NCBI GenBank assembly: GCA_021613535.1
Contig: CP075492.1
Coordinates: 14,119,769 to 14,183,768 of the forward strand
Source of the DNA: Adineta vaga
Taxonomy: Eukaryota > Animalia > Rotifera
DNA: 64,000 nucleotides
Direction: 5' to 3'
Shown: positions 11,511 through 22,500 of the stretch, one piece after another
How positions within the stretch are numbered: position 1 is the stretch's first letter
Layout of the letters: every line of letters starts with the position of its first letter
Notes under the pieces: generated by a model
What the model was told of the DNA's origin: nothing
Databases searched by the model: none
Seen by the model: the letters and a program-made list of their open reading frames with translations, nothing else
Program-made: the position numbers and the translations under genes

Positions 11511-12476
11511 ATGCCAGTGACCATTTTACCATCGATACAACGAGAAATCATTCGATATGGTGTTAGCATATATCTTATATTCGGTCTTGTGGGTAATCTC
11601 TGTAATTGTGTAATGTTTACACGAAATTCATATCGCCGCAGTCCTAGTTCAATTTATCTTCTTTCACTTTCAATATTTTCTATAATTTATCTTATTTGGA
11701 CATTTGCTCCACTTTTCTATACACTTAATTATATAGATCCTCAAACTCAATCAATAATCTATTGTAAAGTACGACAATATGGTAGTCATACTCTTAGTCT
11801 TCATATTCGTTATGCAGTTGTACTTGCATGTTTTGACCGATTTCTTGTTACACGAACAAATGTTCGTATCCGTTCATTGAGCACCATTAAAACAGCAAGA
11901 ATTCTTACTTGTATCATGTGTTTTGTATGTTTATTAATTGCTTTACATATGCCTGTTGAAATGACTATCAATACTAGTAGAGTCTGTGGAATGTTCGGCA
12001 TGTACAAGTTATCGTATGCAATTTATCAAATTATAATTTTTACTTTAACACCACCTATCTTAATGATTCTATTCAGTATTTTTACGATTCATGATCTTCA
12101 GCAACGACATAATATAAATCAAAGTCATGCAAGAAAAAGAGATCGTCATCTTGCATATATGGTTATTGCGGAAGTAGCAATAAATATCATTTCATCAGTT
12201 CCATATGCAGCTAATCTTCTCTATGGTGCATTGACATATTATGTAACAAATAAAAGTACAGAAAGAGCAGAGATTGAAGCATTTTTAACTTTTATTACTC
12301 AATTTTTTATCTATTTCTTGGGCGTTGTTCCATTTTATCTATTCATATTAGTATCAAAACCATTTCGAGATGAATTCATGGATTTTCTTATCAATAATTG
12401 GTACAAATATATTTTACGACAAACACGAGTGGTTCCAACACATGAATTAAACGTTCTAGCTACAAACAATCATTGA
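11511..12476 (+). CDS. class-A-like orphan GPCR (7TM), 321 aa
   Basis: ATG at 11511. TM1 GLVGNLCNCVMFTR (GN…R), a DRY-like ACFDRFLVT at the end of TM3 and seven hydrophobic segments. TM7 …PFYLFILVSKPFRDEF. Confidence 0.7.
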   Translation: MPVTILPSIQREIIRYGVSIYLIFGLVGNLCNCVMFTRNSYRRSPSSIYLLSLSIFSIIYLIWTFAPLFYTLNYIDPQTQSIIYCKVRQYGSHTLSLHIRYAVVLACFDRFLVTRTNVRIRSLSTIKTARILTCIMCFVCLLIALHMPVEMTINTSRVCGMFGMYKLSYAIYQIIIFTLTPPILMILFSIFTIHDLQQRHNINQSHARKRDRHLAYMVIAEVAINIISSVPYAANLLYGALTYYVTNKSTERAEIEAFLTFITQFFIYFLGVVPFYLFILVSKPFRDEFMDFLINNWYKYILRQTRVVPTHELNVLATNNH

Positions 12477-12488
12477 ACAATATAATAT

Positions 12489-13520
12489 TTAATGATGTAA
12501 AGTTGTCGTATGTTTAGCATGCATTGCAGCCATAGGTATGGTATGCATATTAGTTCGACTATCATGATCAGCCGGCATTTGTCGATAAAACCATCTCATT
12601 CGTTTCAAAAGACGAAATAATTTTCGACGAAATGTTGGACTAGATAGTGTATGTAAATAAAATGCAGCACTAAAATTTAAATATGGTAATGTAAATGACA
12701 TATTGATCATGAATACACCTATTAATGTAATTTGAGTGCTTTGTGGCGCAGGATAGATCAAACTATAGATTAGATAGACGGCATATAATATATTACATAA
12801 AAGATCAGTGATGACCTGAGCCAATAACATTGTTATATATTGACCAATGATTTGACGTTCGTTATGTATAACATCATTCGTTGGTAAAATTCGTCTTTGC
12901 ATTGTTTTTAAATGACAAAAAGTAATCAGACCACATATAATCATACTTAATGGAATAGATATGCCTTGAATCAATGCAGATATTGTAGTATAAATAGCAT
13001 ACGTTGAATTTGGTGGTGATAAACATTGACCATAGATTATTGTATGATATATTAAAGCGGGTGACGAATACACGAAGGAAAAAATCCATATAAAAACAAT
13101 CAAATAATACGCTACTTTTGGTCGACTTTCCATACGCATCCATGCACTTCTCGAACTAGCACACATTCGATCAACGCAAGCAAATAAAATTGATAATCGA
13201 TAAATTAAGAAAGAAGTACTAGTCAAATAAGTACGTAAACGACAGAACCATAATGAAGTTAGAGCAGGATCAATATTGTAAAGACCACGAACAAGACGTA
13301 GTACAAGACCAAAATTTAATATAAATATATCAATAATTGATGCAGATAAAAAGTAAAGTAAACAAGAATTTGAACGTGATGTTGGTCGAGCAAATATTAA
13401 CAAATTCAAACAATTACCAATATTTCCCAATATAAAACAAATTGGTAATATAATATAATTAAAAGACCAATTCACATCATTGAATATAGTTGTTAAACTA
13501 GAAACGAAAGTGCCTGACAT
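12489..13520 (-). CDS. class-A-like orphan GPCR (7TM), paralog of 11511..12476, 343 aa
   Basis: ATG at 13520-13518. LGNIGNCLNLLIFAR and ACVDRMCASS motifs. It is tail-to-tail with the previous gene, with only 12 bp between the stop codons. Confidence 0.7.
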   Translation of the reverse strand: MSGTFVSSLTTIFNDVNWSFNYIILPICFILGNIGNCLNLLIFARPTSRSNSCLLYFLSASIIDIFILNFGLVLRLVRGLYNIDPALTSLWFCRLRTYLTSTSFLIYRLSILFACVDRMCASSRSAWMRMESRPKVAYYLIVFIWIFSFVYSSPALIYHTIIYGQCLSPPNSTYAIYTTISALIQGISIPLSMIICGLITFCHLKTMQRRILPTNDVIHNERQIIGQYITMLLAQVITDLLCNILYAVYLIYSLIYPAPQSTQITLIGVFMINMSFTLPYLNFSAAFYLHTLSSPTFRRKLFRLLKRMRWFYRQMPADHDSRTNMHTIPMAAMHAKHTTTLHH

Positions 13521-13835
13521 TTCTACTGATTATATCTTAGCAGCTTTATCTTAGTTTATAGTTCTTTTCTGTGAATTGTCAGAAGAAAATGAAGAAAGAA
13601 ATTCATTTATAAATGACGCATTTTGTGCTGTCAAAATCAGATTTACTATAAATATTACGAAGAGCGTTATCTTGTCATATTTCAGATCGTGATAAGTTCC
13701 AACTTCAGATAAACAACGTTTCTGACAGATCTAATTAGTTTTACAAGAGACACGATATATTTCCTTCGTTATTGAAGTTAGCGTAAACAAACATTTTCTC
13801 TAAATCTACAGTTTTGTTCATATCCTGAGGATGTG

Positions 13836-13888
13836 GGTGAATGAGGGTCTTCTTATGATTTATACTCACACCCACACCTTCAGGTCCA
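13836..13888. repeat. short hairpin element, copy 2 (gaggatgtgggtgaatgagggtcttcttatgatttatactcacacccacaccttc)
   Basis: Inverted arms GATGTGGGTG / CACCCACACC with a ~30-nt loop. Related to the copies at 5049, 38691 and 54961. Confidence 0.4.
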
Positions 13889-14367
13889 ACTGATGTATAC
13901 TGTGTTCGAAATAATGAGATTGTTGTGTAGACGAAAGTCTTTTAATAAAACCAGCATCTTATCGAAAGGGAAAAAACACATTTTTTTAACCTGTAATTAC
14001 ACAAGAAAGTATGTCTAATCGTGACAGAAAGCAAAAAAACCATACCCACGTCATTTTATTTTTTTTCTCACGAACATCAGCAAGGACAACGCATACATTG
14101 CTTCTGTTGTTGTGTTTGTTGTTAACAGGTAAGAAAAAGAATTCTTATTTCGGAAGAAAATAAACGCAAAGTTTTTGCATCTGAGAGACTCTCCTATAAA
14201 TCCAATCCCTAGGGAACCGTGTAGTTAACTCATCAATGATTTATCTGCGAACTTGAAGGTTAGAATATGTGGTTTTTTTTCGAAAAAAGATATATAATTT
14301 AATTTTACTCTTCTACACACGAATGATTCATTTCAGAACATAATATATACTTTACTAGTCTTCTACC

Positions 14368-15225
14368 ATGAGCGGCTCCGGAGAGCGTTTTACAGACGTT
14401 GATGTAACCAATAAACGCTTACCAGCGTGTTTTGGTTATATCGCATGGAAGGTATTACCTATTGAACAAGCTATGGCAGACTTAAATAGTTGTCTGCGCG
14501 AAATCAACAGATTTGTCAAGCTTGCCAAGAGATACTGTACATTTCCAAATGACCATCAGTTGACTAAAGATGAAGCCACGGCCATATATATTTATACTAT
14601 GGAAATGTCGGAAGATGAATGCATCTACCGTATATTAAATCAAACGTTACGTCTCGAAGATCGAACTAAAGTTCGGCCATGGTTCCCGTATTTAAAATTA
14701 TTTGACTCTGCAGTAGCTAAATTACCAACGTTCAAAGGTGTCGTCTGGCGTGGCGTTAATAAAGATGTCAGCCAGTCGTTCAAAAAAGGCCAAAAACTAA
14801 CTTGGTGGAGTATTAGCTCATGCTCAACATCAGTAAAGGTTATTTCATCGTTTTTGGGTGAAGTTCCTGAAAGCACTCTTTTTAACATTCAATGTTCGAC
14901 TGGAAAATGTATTGCAGCATACACATGTTACCCAAGTGAAAATGAAATTATCTTAATGCCAGGTACAACATTTGAAGTTGTAGACGATCCATTACATCAT
15001 CATGGTGGTTTACATATAGTTCATTTAAAAGAAATCAACGAGGAAGATGATAACGAAGACGATGATAAACAAAGAGAATCCATAGAATTAGCAACTCCCC
15101 AACCTATGGCTGCTGCTTCTGTGTCACAAAAATTCGAAAAATTGATCATAGGTAAAAATAACATGCAGGGTACTTCCTCTAAATTTACTGATCGACTCCG
15201 CAGTCTTTTTCTTACAATTTCTCAA
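14368..15225 (+). CDS. R-S-ExE mono-ADP-ribosyltransferase (ART/toxin-like, PF01129-type), first coding exon
   Basis: ATG at 14368. AIYIYTMEMSEDECIYRILNQTLR (aromatic-R block), VWRGV (the Arg in the hvYRG-like block), WWSISSCSTS (STS) and YPSENEIILMPGTTFEV (Q/E-x-E) are present. A consensus donor CAA|GTAAGT lies at 15226 and an AG acceptor 60 bp later at 15285, so the 3' end is probably spliced. A Pro-rich candidate downstream exon lies at ~15581..15696. Confidence 0.7.
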
Positions 15226-18200
15226 GTAAGTGCTCGCATTGACCTGCATCCTGTCATGGCTCTTCTCTGCTGGATAATATTCTAGGGGAAAGTACACAGT
15301 CCGATAATCTTAGAAAACTGAGAAGAATTCAATAGTATCTATTGGAACTCACATTACTCTCTTTAGTTCATTTTCTGGAGAGAAGTAAAAACTGACTTTA
15401 TAGTTCGCAAATACAATAGAGAATGGTTAGAGTACATCTAGTGAAGATATATTTGAATCAGTATTATGCTTTTATACCGCAATTATTCTGTTACTCGGAT
15501 TACACTCGTGAAGAAAAGATAATGTTTTATCTATGAGTATCAGTATGAACATGGAGTTATAAGAAATGGTCTCTTTCTCTATTTAGACCCTTATCACGCA
15601 AGTCCTTCAAAACCCAGCGATACATTTCATGGTACGAAGAACACAATGACATCAACTGAGCCATTGCCTAAACCTGTATCTATGCCAAAACCAGGTATGT
15701 TAATTTGAAGAAATTTACAATCTTTTCCTCACATCTAACCTCTCCATCGGTTTCAACATGGAAGAATTCTATTCGATCCACATAGAAGTCTCTATCTCTG
15801 ACGAACTATATCATAGTATCAAAATTCCTCACTTTCTATTCCAACGTATCTTTGATAGTTCTGCTCCTATTTTATTTAATACTTGTGCTTTGAAAAATTA
15901 TAAATTTTCTACGCAACATATGTGTGGCAGTCGGTTAGGGAATTTAGTTGAGATTGGAATATAGAAAAATACTATCTAAATCTATATTTTTATTTGTAGA
16001 GAGGAAAAATAGAATTGATAATTGTATATTAAAGAAAACAGTTATAATTTATTTAACTATGTTATGAAACGTTAAATAATTGTTTTATAAAGAGGATATT
16101 GATTTTTGTAAAAGTAGACAGATTTTTTTCATGAGCGGGACATGCGGGACATTGAAATTTTATATTGAAAGATAGAGATTTTCGTAGAAAAAATAGTTTT
16201 CTTTTCTAGGTGAGAAATGCGGCACATAGAGTTTTCTTTCGTTTTGTATTAAGAGAAAGATTTCTGCTACCTATTTTTCCTGTTACGGTTTATTTGACAC
16301 TGATTTAAATAAATCTTTCTCTTTCCCTTTTTTAAAAATTAGTTTTCTGCAATTTCTTATTTAGAATATAGGTGAGGCTGCTTCCGAATATTTCAATGTA
16401 TAAAAAAATATATTCGTATGCATAGAATAAGTATTTGCGAAGCATAAATTATATGGATGAAAAATGAATTATCTCTCAGATTTTTTTTAGAAAATAGAGG
16501 TTTTGTTAAATATTTTTATTGACTAACTAGAAATAGAATGTAATGAGTGGTACACTACTTTAGATATTGATAAAAATTTAGACAAGTTTGAAAACATTAC
16601 GAGCAGAGAGCTGATGAAAATGGCAACATAAATTAAAACGAGAAATAAAGCAGTTCAGTTTGAGGAATAGGAATATCGTTTTTTAGTGCCCCTTGAAATC
16701 AAAATAAAGTTGGAATAGTTTAGACGAAATGATTTCGAGTAGGAGGTAAAAAAGGCAGGGAGTACAATTGGTTAATGAAGTAAATATTTCTACAAAATTT
16801 GACAAGTTAAACATGTAACAAAGAGTTTAATAACTTAATTTAAAATGATTATCATAGGACTATCGCTAAATCTTCATTTTGTAGGAACGAACATCTACTA
16901 AGAGAATATAAAATAGAGAAATGATTGTGTCACTTAGATTTCTTACATAATAATATTTTGAAACACACTCTTTTATTCTTTGATAAAAAGAAAACGGTGT
17001 GAATGACAAAATGTTTCTTTATGAAAATCCGTTTATAATATTCCATTCGATTCAGATAGATTTATTGATGAAGAAATCTATTTAATTTTCGTTTCTCTTG
17101 TTTCTGTCTATTTTTTTCGCGCATTCCAATCTCAACTGAATTCTCATGTCAACTGTGACATTTTTATTTATAGATTTAGCAGTATCGTTCTGAGCTGTAG
17201 TAGATCTAAACACACAGGTAGTACTAGTTATTGATGGTAATACAGATAGAGACACAGAAAGTAAACATACAAGAGAAGAGATAGTTGACATGAAATACTC
17301 GCAGTCTTCACTTTAGCTAAATACTATAGTCATTAATCGAATGTTTTCCAGCATACTATTGTTCATCTCCTTCATAACTCTGTAACAGCTATGAATTTTT
17401 GTTTTAGAAGATAAAGAATTTGCTGAGCCTGGTAGCTGTGACAAACTCTATCACAATTATTCATTTGTTCTATGTCCAATAACTAACGAAGCATAGTAAG
17501 ACAACGGATTTAGACAAAATAATGTAAACGAATACAACTTTTGTCATAGGCAATCGTATATTCGATGCTTTATTGCAAATATATTCTAGCAGAACTTCCA
17601 TGTCTAGTGCGAGAAATATATGAACGAAATGCTGAAGGGCGTCGTATCTATTCATTTTGTCTGTCAACTATGAACTGTCCATGAAGTGTTATATTTGACT
17701 GAAAAGAACAAATAATAATCGAATGCTATGATCCTTGTGCAAAATGTCACAAGTGTCGTTGTTCTTATTCTATTATCGTATAATCAGAAATTAACAAATG
17801 AACTTCAGACTTTTATGAGATTAAGAAAAATAATGGAATAGAACTTTGATTTAAACGATTCAAAGGACATACTTTTTCTTTATGTTGATCGATTGAGTAA
17901 TATCGCTTTCAAACAACTGAAGTAGATGAATATGATCATTGGAATTTTCTAAATCATTCATGTGCTGCGTGAATATCAGTGGTCTATCCGTCTGAAATAT
18001 GAGCATTATTGTAGACAAAATAGGCTAATACAATCTACTGGTGATAGTAATTATTCATTTAATCAGTGAAACGTAAAGCTATGATTATGAACGAGTCATT
18101 CATTTCATATTAGTGAAATAGATGAATAGAAATGTCTGCCCATGTGGAAAATGATTGTACATTTAGTATGTAATGTTTTCATCTGAAGCAATAAAGAACA

Positions 18201-19597
18201 GCTTGTTTCTAGAGGAGTCGTATTAATAAACGAGACTATTGGGTACTGACAATTTGTTTTTCATGTGATTATTTATTGTCTGCGTAGATTGGATACTTCG
18301 CATCGTTGTAGGTGAAATAGTTGAATAATATGAATGTAATAAGAATAATTTAGTTTTCATGTGATCATTTCACAGGTGAACAACATTCAATATCAAATAC
18401 AAAGTGATTAGTATAGGAGATCATGGCCATTACGACAATTATAACCAACCATTTATAGTGCCATCGTCGAACTGTGAGTATGCTTCGATCTTTCTTTGAT
18501 GATATATCTTATTACTGAATAAGAACATTGGAGTCCGGAAGACAAGAAAATAATCATTCATTTTACATGGAATAACCTGTCTCAAAGAATAATTAACGTC
18601 TTCAATTTTAGGATCTTCGAAATAAGTGAATTCATCTCGCTGTGGTAAATAGTGATGGATGTATCATGAGATGTATGATTCACTTTGTCATTCGCATACA
18701 TTAGTAGGATCTTTATGAGATAGATGAACAGAATACCGATCATAGTCATCTATGAGTGATACATCTTCAATCCATATTGTAACTTGAAAAGTATTTCTGG
18801 TCCATGAGAATGATAAGCGAACGTCACGATGGTGGAAATAATATATTTGCCATATTACCTTTCATATTCTTGTCAACTCGTTGTACTTCTTCGAATTATA
18901 AAGTAAATAAATGAATGAATCCTTCGTTCGTATAATACCATTTTGATACGAACTATATTTATTTAAATTAGGGCTGATTTTAAAACTGAGTCGCAAATAT
19001 ACATGAATAAAGTACTTACAATCCTACTATTCATTTATATCGTACATTTCTTTTATTCAAACTGATTGAATTAAACCTTGATAGGAAATATTATTCAAGA
19101 ATGGAATTTGCTTCGCTTTTATTCGTTAACAATGTCATATTAACTCTATTGCATTCATTTCTATCAACCGCTTCTAAATAATCTTGATAATTGAACCGGC
19201 ATATTTCACAAAGCGTTGTCACTATTCATCTCACCTACGATCATTGATGACCTAGAACCAGGGCACCTATATTCATTACAAAGGAATGAATTTTGCGAAC
19301 AGATCTGTCTCAACAATTCATTTAATACGTGATAACAAATTGGCTGCATGAATTTTTCTATCTTTCCGGAGTCTCATATACGAACAGAGTAATGATCTCA
19401 TATATTCATTAACTTTGTGATATGTTCTCAAACATCAAACTTGAAAGCTCTCTTCAAGAGCTCATCCAACTAATAGAGAAATCTTTGGTACAAACTATTT
19501 ACCTACCATACAATCTTCAAATAAGTGATCCACACGTAGATATTACTTCACTGTCTTAACAAATACATGAATATGATATTGCGACTTGTTACTCGTA

Positions 19598-22500
19598 TTC
19601 AGTTGTTGTGTGATAGAGGTTGATGTGATTGAATGTTGATGTTGGTATGGAAGTGGGAAAGAGAGTTGAATAGAAGAATTATGAGAGATGTTCAGTTGTT
19701 GTGTGATAGAGGATGATGTGATTGAATGTTTATGTTGGTATGGAAGTGGGAAAGAGAGTTGAATAGAAGAATTATGAGAGATGTTCAGTTGTTGTGTGAT
19801 AGAGGATGATGTGATTGAATGTTGATGTTGGTATGGAAGTGGGAAAGAGAGTTGAATAGAAGAATGATGAGAGATGTTCAGTTGTTGTGTGATAGAGGAT
19901 GATGTGATTGAATGTTGATGTTGGTATGGAAGTGGGAAAGGGAGTTGAATAGTCGATTCGTGGTAGATGTTCAGTTGTTGTGTGATAGAGGATGATGTGA
20001 TTGAATGTTGATGTTGGTATGGAAGTGGGAAGGAGAGTTGAATTTCGGAGTGGTGGTAGATGTTCAGTTGTTGTGTGATAGAGGATGATGTGATTGAATG
20101 TTGATGTTGGTATGGAAGTGGGAAAGAGAGTTGAATAGAAGAATGATGAGAGATGTTCAGTTGTTGTGTGATAGAGGATGATGTGATTGAATGTTGATGT
20201 TGGTATGGAAGTGGGAAAGAGAGTTGAATAGAAGAATTATGAGAGATGTTCAGTTGTTGTGTGATAGAGGATGATGTGATTGAATGTTGATGTTGGTATG
20301 GAAGTGGGAAAGAGAGTTGAATAGAAGAATGATGAGAGATGTTCAGTTGTTGTGTGATAGAGGATGATGTGATTGAATGTTGATGTTGGTATGGAAGTGG
20401 GAAAGAGAGTTGAATAGAAGAATGATGAGAGATGTTCAGTTGTTGTGTGATAGAGGATGATGTGATTGAATGTTGATGTTGGTATGGAAGTGGGAAAGAG
20501 AGTTGAATAGAAGAATTATGAGAGATGTTCAGTTGTTGTGTGATAGAGGATGATGTGATTGAATGTTGATGTTGGTATGGAAGTGGGAAGGAGAGTTGAA
20601 TAGAGGAATGATGAGAGATGTTCAGTTGTTGTGTGATAGAGGATGATGTGATTGAATGTTGATGTTGGTATGGAAGTGGGAAAGAGAGTTGAATAGAGGA
20701 ATTATGGTAGATGTTCAGTTGTTGTGTGATAGAGGATGATGTGATTGAATGTTGATGTTGGTATGGAAGTGGGAAAGAGAGTTGAATAGTGGAGTAGTGG
20801 TAGATGTTCAGTTGTTGTGTGATAGAGGATGATGTGATTGAATGTTGATGTTGGTATGGAAGTGGGAAAGAGAGTTGAATAGAGGAATCGTGGTAGATGT
20901 TCAGTTGTTGTGTGATAGAGGATGATGTGATTGAATGTTGATGTTGGTATGGAAGTGGGAAAGAGAGTTGAATTTAGGATTGGTGGTAGATGTTCAGTTG
21001 TTGTGTGATAGAGGATGATGTGATTGAATGTTGATGTTGGTATGGAAGTGGGAAAGAGAGTTGAATAGAAGAATTATGAGAGATGTTCAGTTGTTGTGTG
21101 ATAGAGGATGATGTGATTGAATGTTGATGTTGGTATGGAAGTGGGAAGGAGAGTTGAATTTCGGAGTGGTGGTAGATGTTCAGTTGTTGTGTGATAGAGG
21201 ATGATGTGATTGAATGTTTATGTTGGTATGGAAGTGGGAAGGAGAGTTGAATTTCGGAGTAGTGGTAGATGTTCAGTTGTTGTGTGATAGAGGATGATGT
21301 GATTGAATGTTGATGTTGGTATGGAAGTGGGAAAGAGAGTTGAATTTCGGAGTGGTGGTAGATGTTCAGTTGTTGTGTGATAGAGGATGATGTGATTGAA
21401 TGTTGATGTTGGTATGGAAGTGGGAAAGAGAGTTGAATAGAAGAATGATGAGAGATGTTCAGTTGTTGTGTGATAGAGGATGATGTGATTGAATGTTGAT
21501 GTTGGTATGGAAGTGGGAAGGAGAGTTGAATAGAAGAATGATGAGAGATGTTCAGTTGTTGTGTGATAGAGGATGATGTGATTGAATGTTTATGTTGGTA
21601 TGGAAGTGGGAAAGAGAGTTGAATAGAAGAATTATGAGAGATGTTCAGTTGTTGTGTGATAGAGGATGATGTGATTGAATGTTGATGTTGGTATGGAAGT
21701 GGGAAAGAGTTGAATAGAAGAATGATGAGAGATGTTCAGTTGTTGTGTGATAGAGGATGATGTGATTGAATGTTGATGTTGGTATGGAAGTGGGAAAGGG
21801 AGTTGAATAGTCGATTCGTGGTAGATGTTCAGTTGTTGTGTGATAGAGGATGATGTGATTGAATGTTGATGTTGGTATGGAAGTGGGAAGGAGAGTTGAA
21901 TTTCGGAGTGGTGGTAGATGTTCAGTTGTTGTGTGATAGAGGATGATGTGATTGAATGTTGATGTTGGTATGGAAGTGGGAAGGAGAGTTGAATAGAAGA
22001 ATGATGAGAGATGTTCAGTTGTTGTGTGATAGAGGATGATGTGATTGAATGTTGATGTTGGTATGGAAGTGGGAAAGAGAGTTGAATTTAGGAGTCTTGA
22101 GAGATGTTCAGTTGTTGTGTGATAGAGGATGATGTGATTGAATGTTGATGTTGGTATGGAAGTGGGAAAGAGAGTTGAATTTCGGAGTGGTGGTAGATGT
22201 TCAGTTGTTGTGTGATAGAGGATGATGTGATTGAATGTTGATGTTGGTATGGAAGTGGGAAAGAGAGTTGAATAGAAGAATTATGAGAGATGTTCAGTTG
22301 TTGTGTGATAGAGGATGATGTGATTGAATGTTGATGTTGGTATGGAAGTGGGAAGGAGAGTTGAATTTCGGAGTGGTGGTAGATGTTCAGTTGTTGTGTG
22401 ATAGAGGATGATGTGATTGAATGTTTATGTTGGTATGGAAGTGGGAAGGAGAGTTGAATTTCGGAGTAGTGGTAGATGTTCAGTTGTTGTGTGATAGAGG

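Noticed and set aside
15758-15964. 68-aa ORF downstream of the ART gene
   Set aside because: No ATG context or motif support. It lies in the region better explained as ART 3' exons, introns or UTR.
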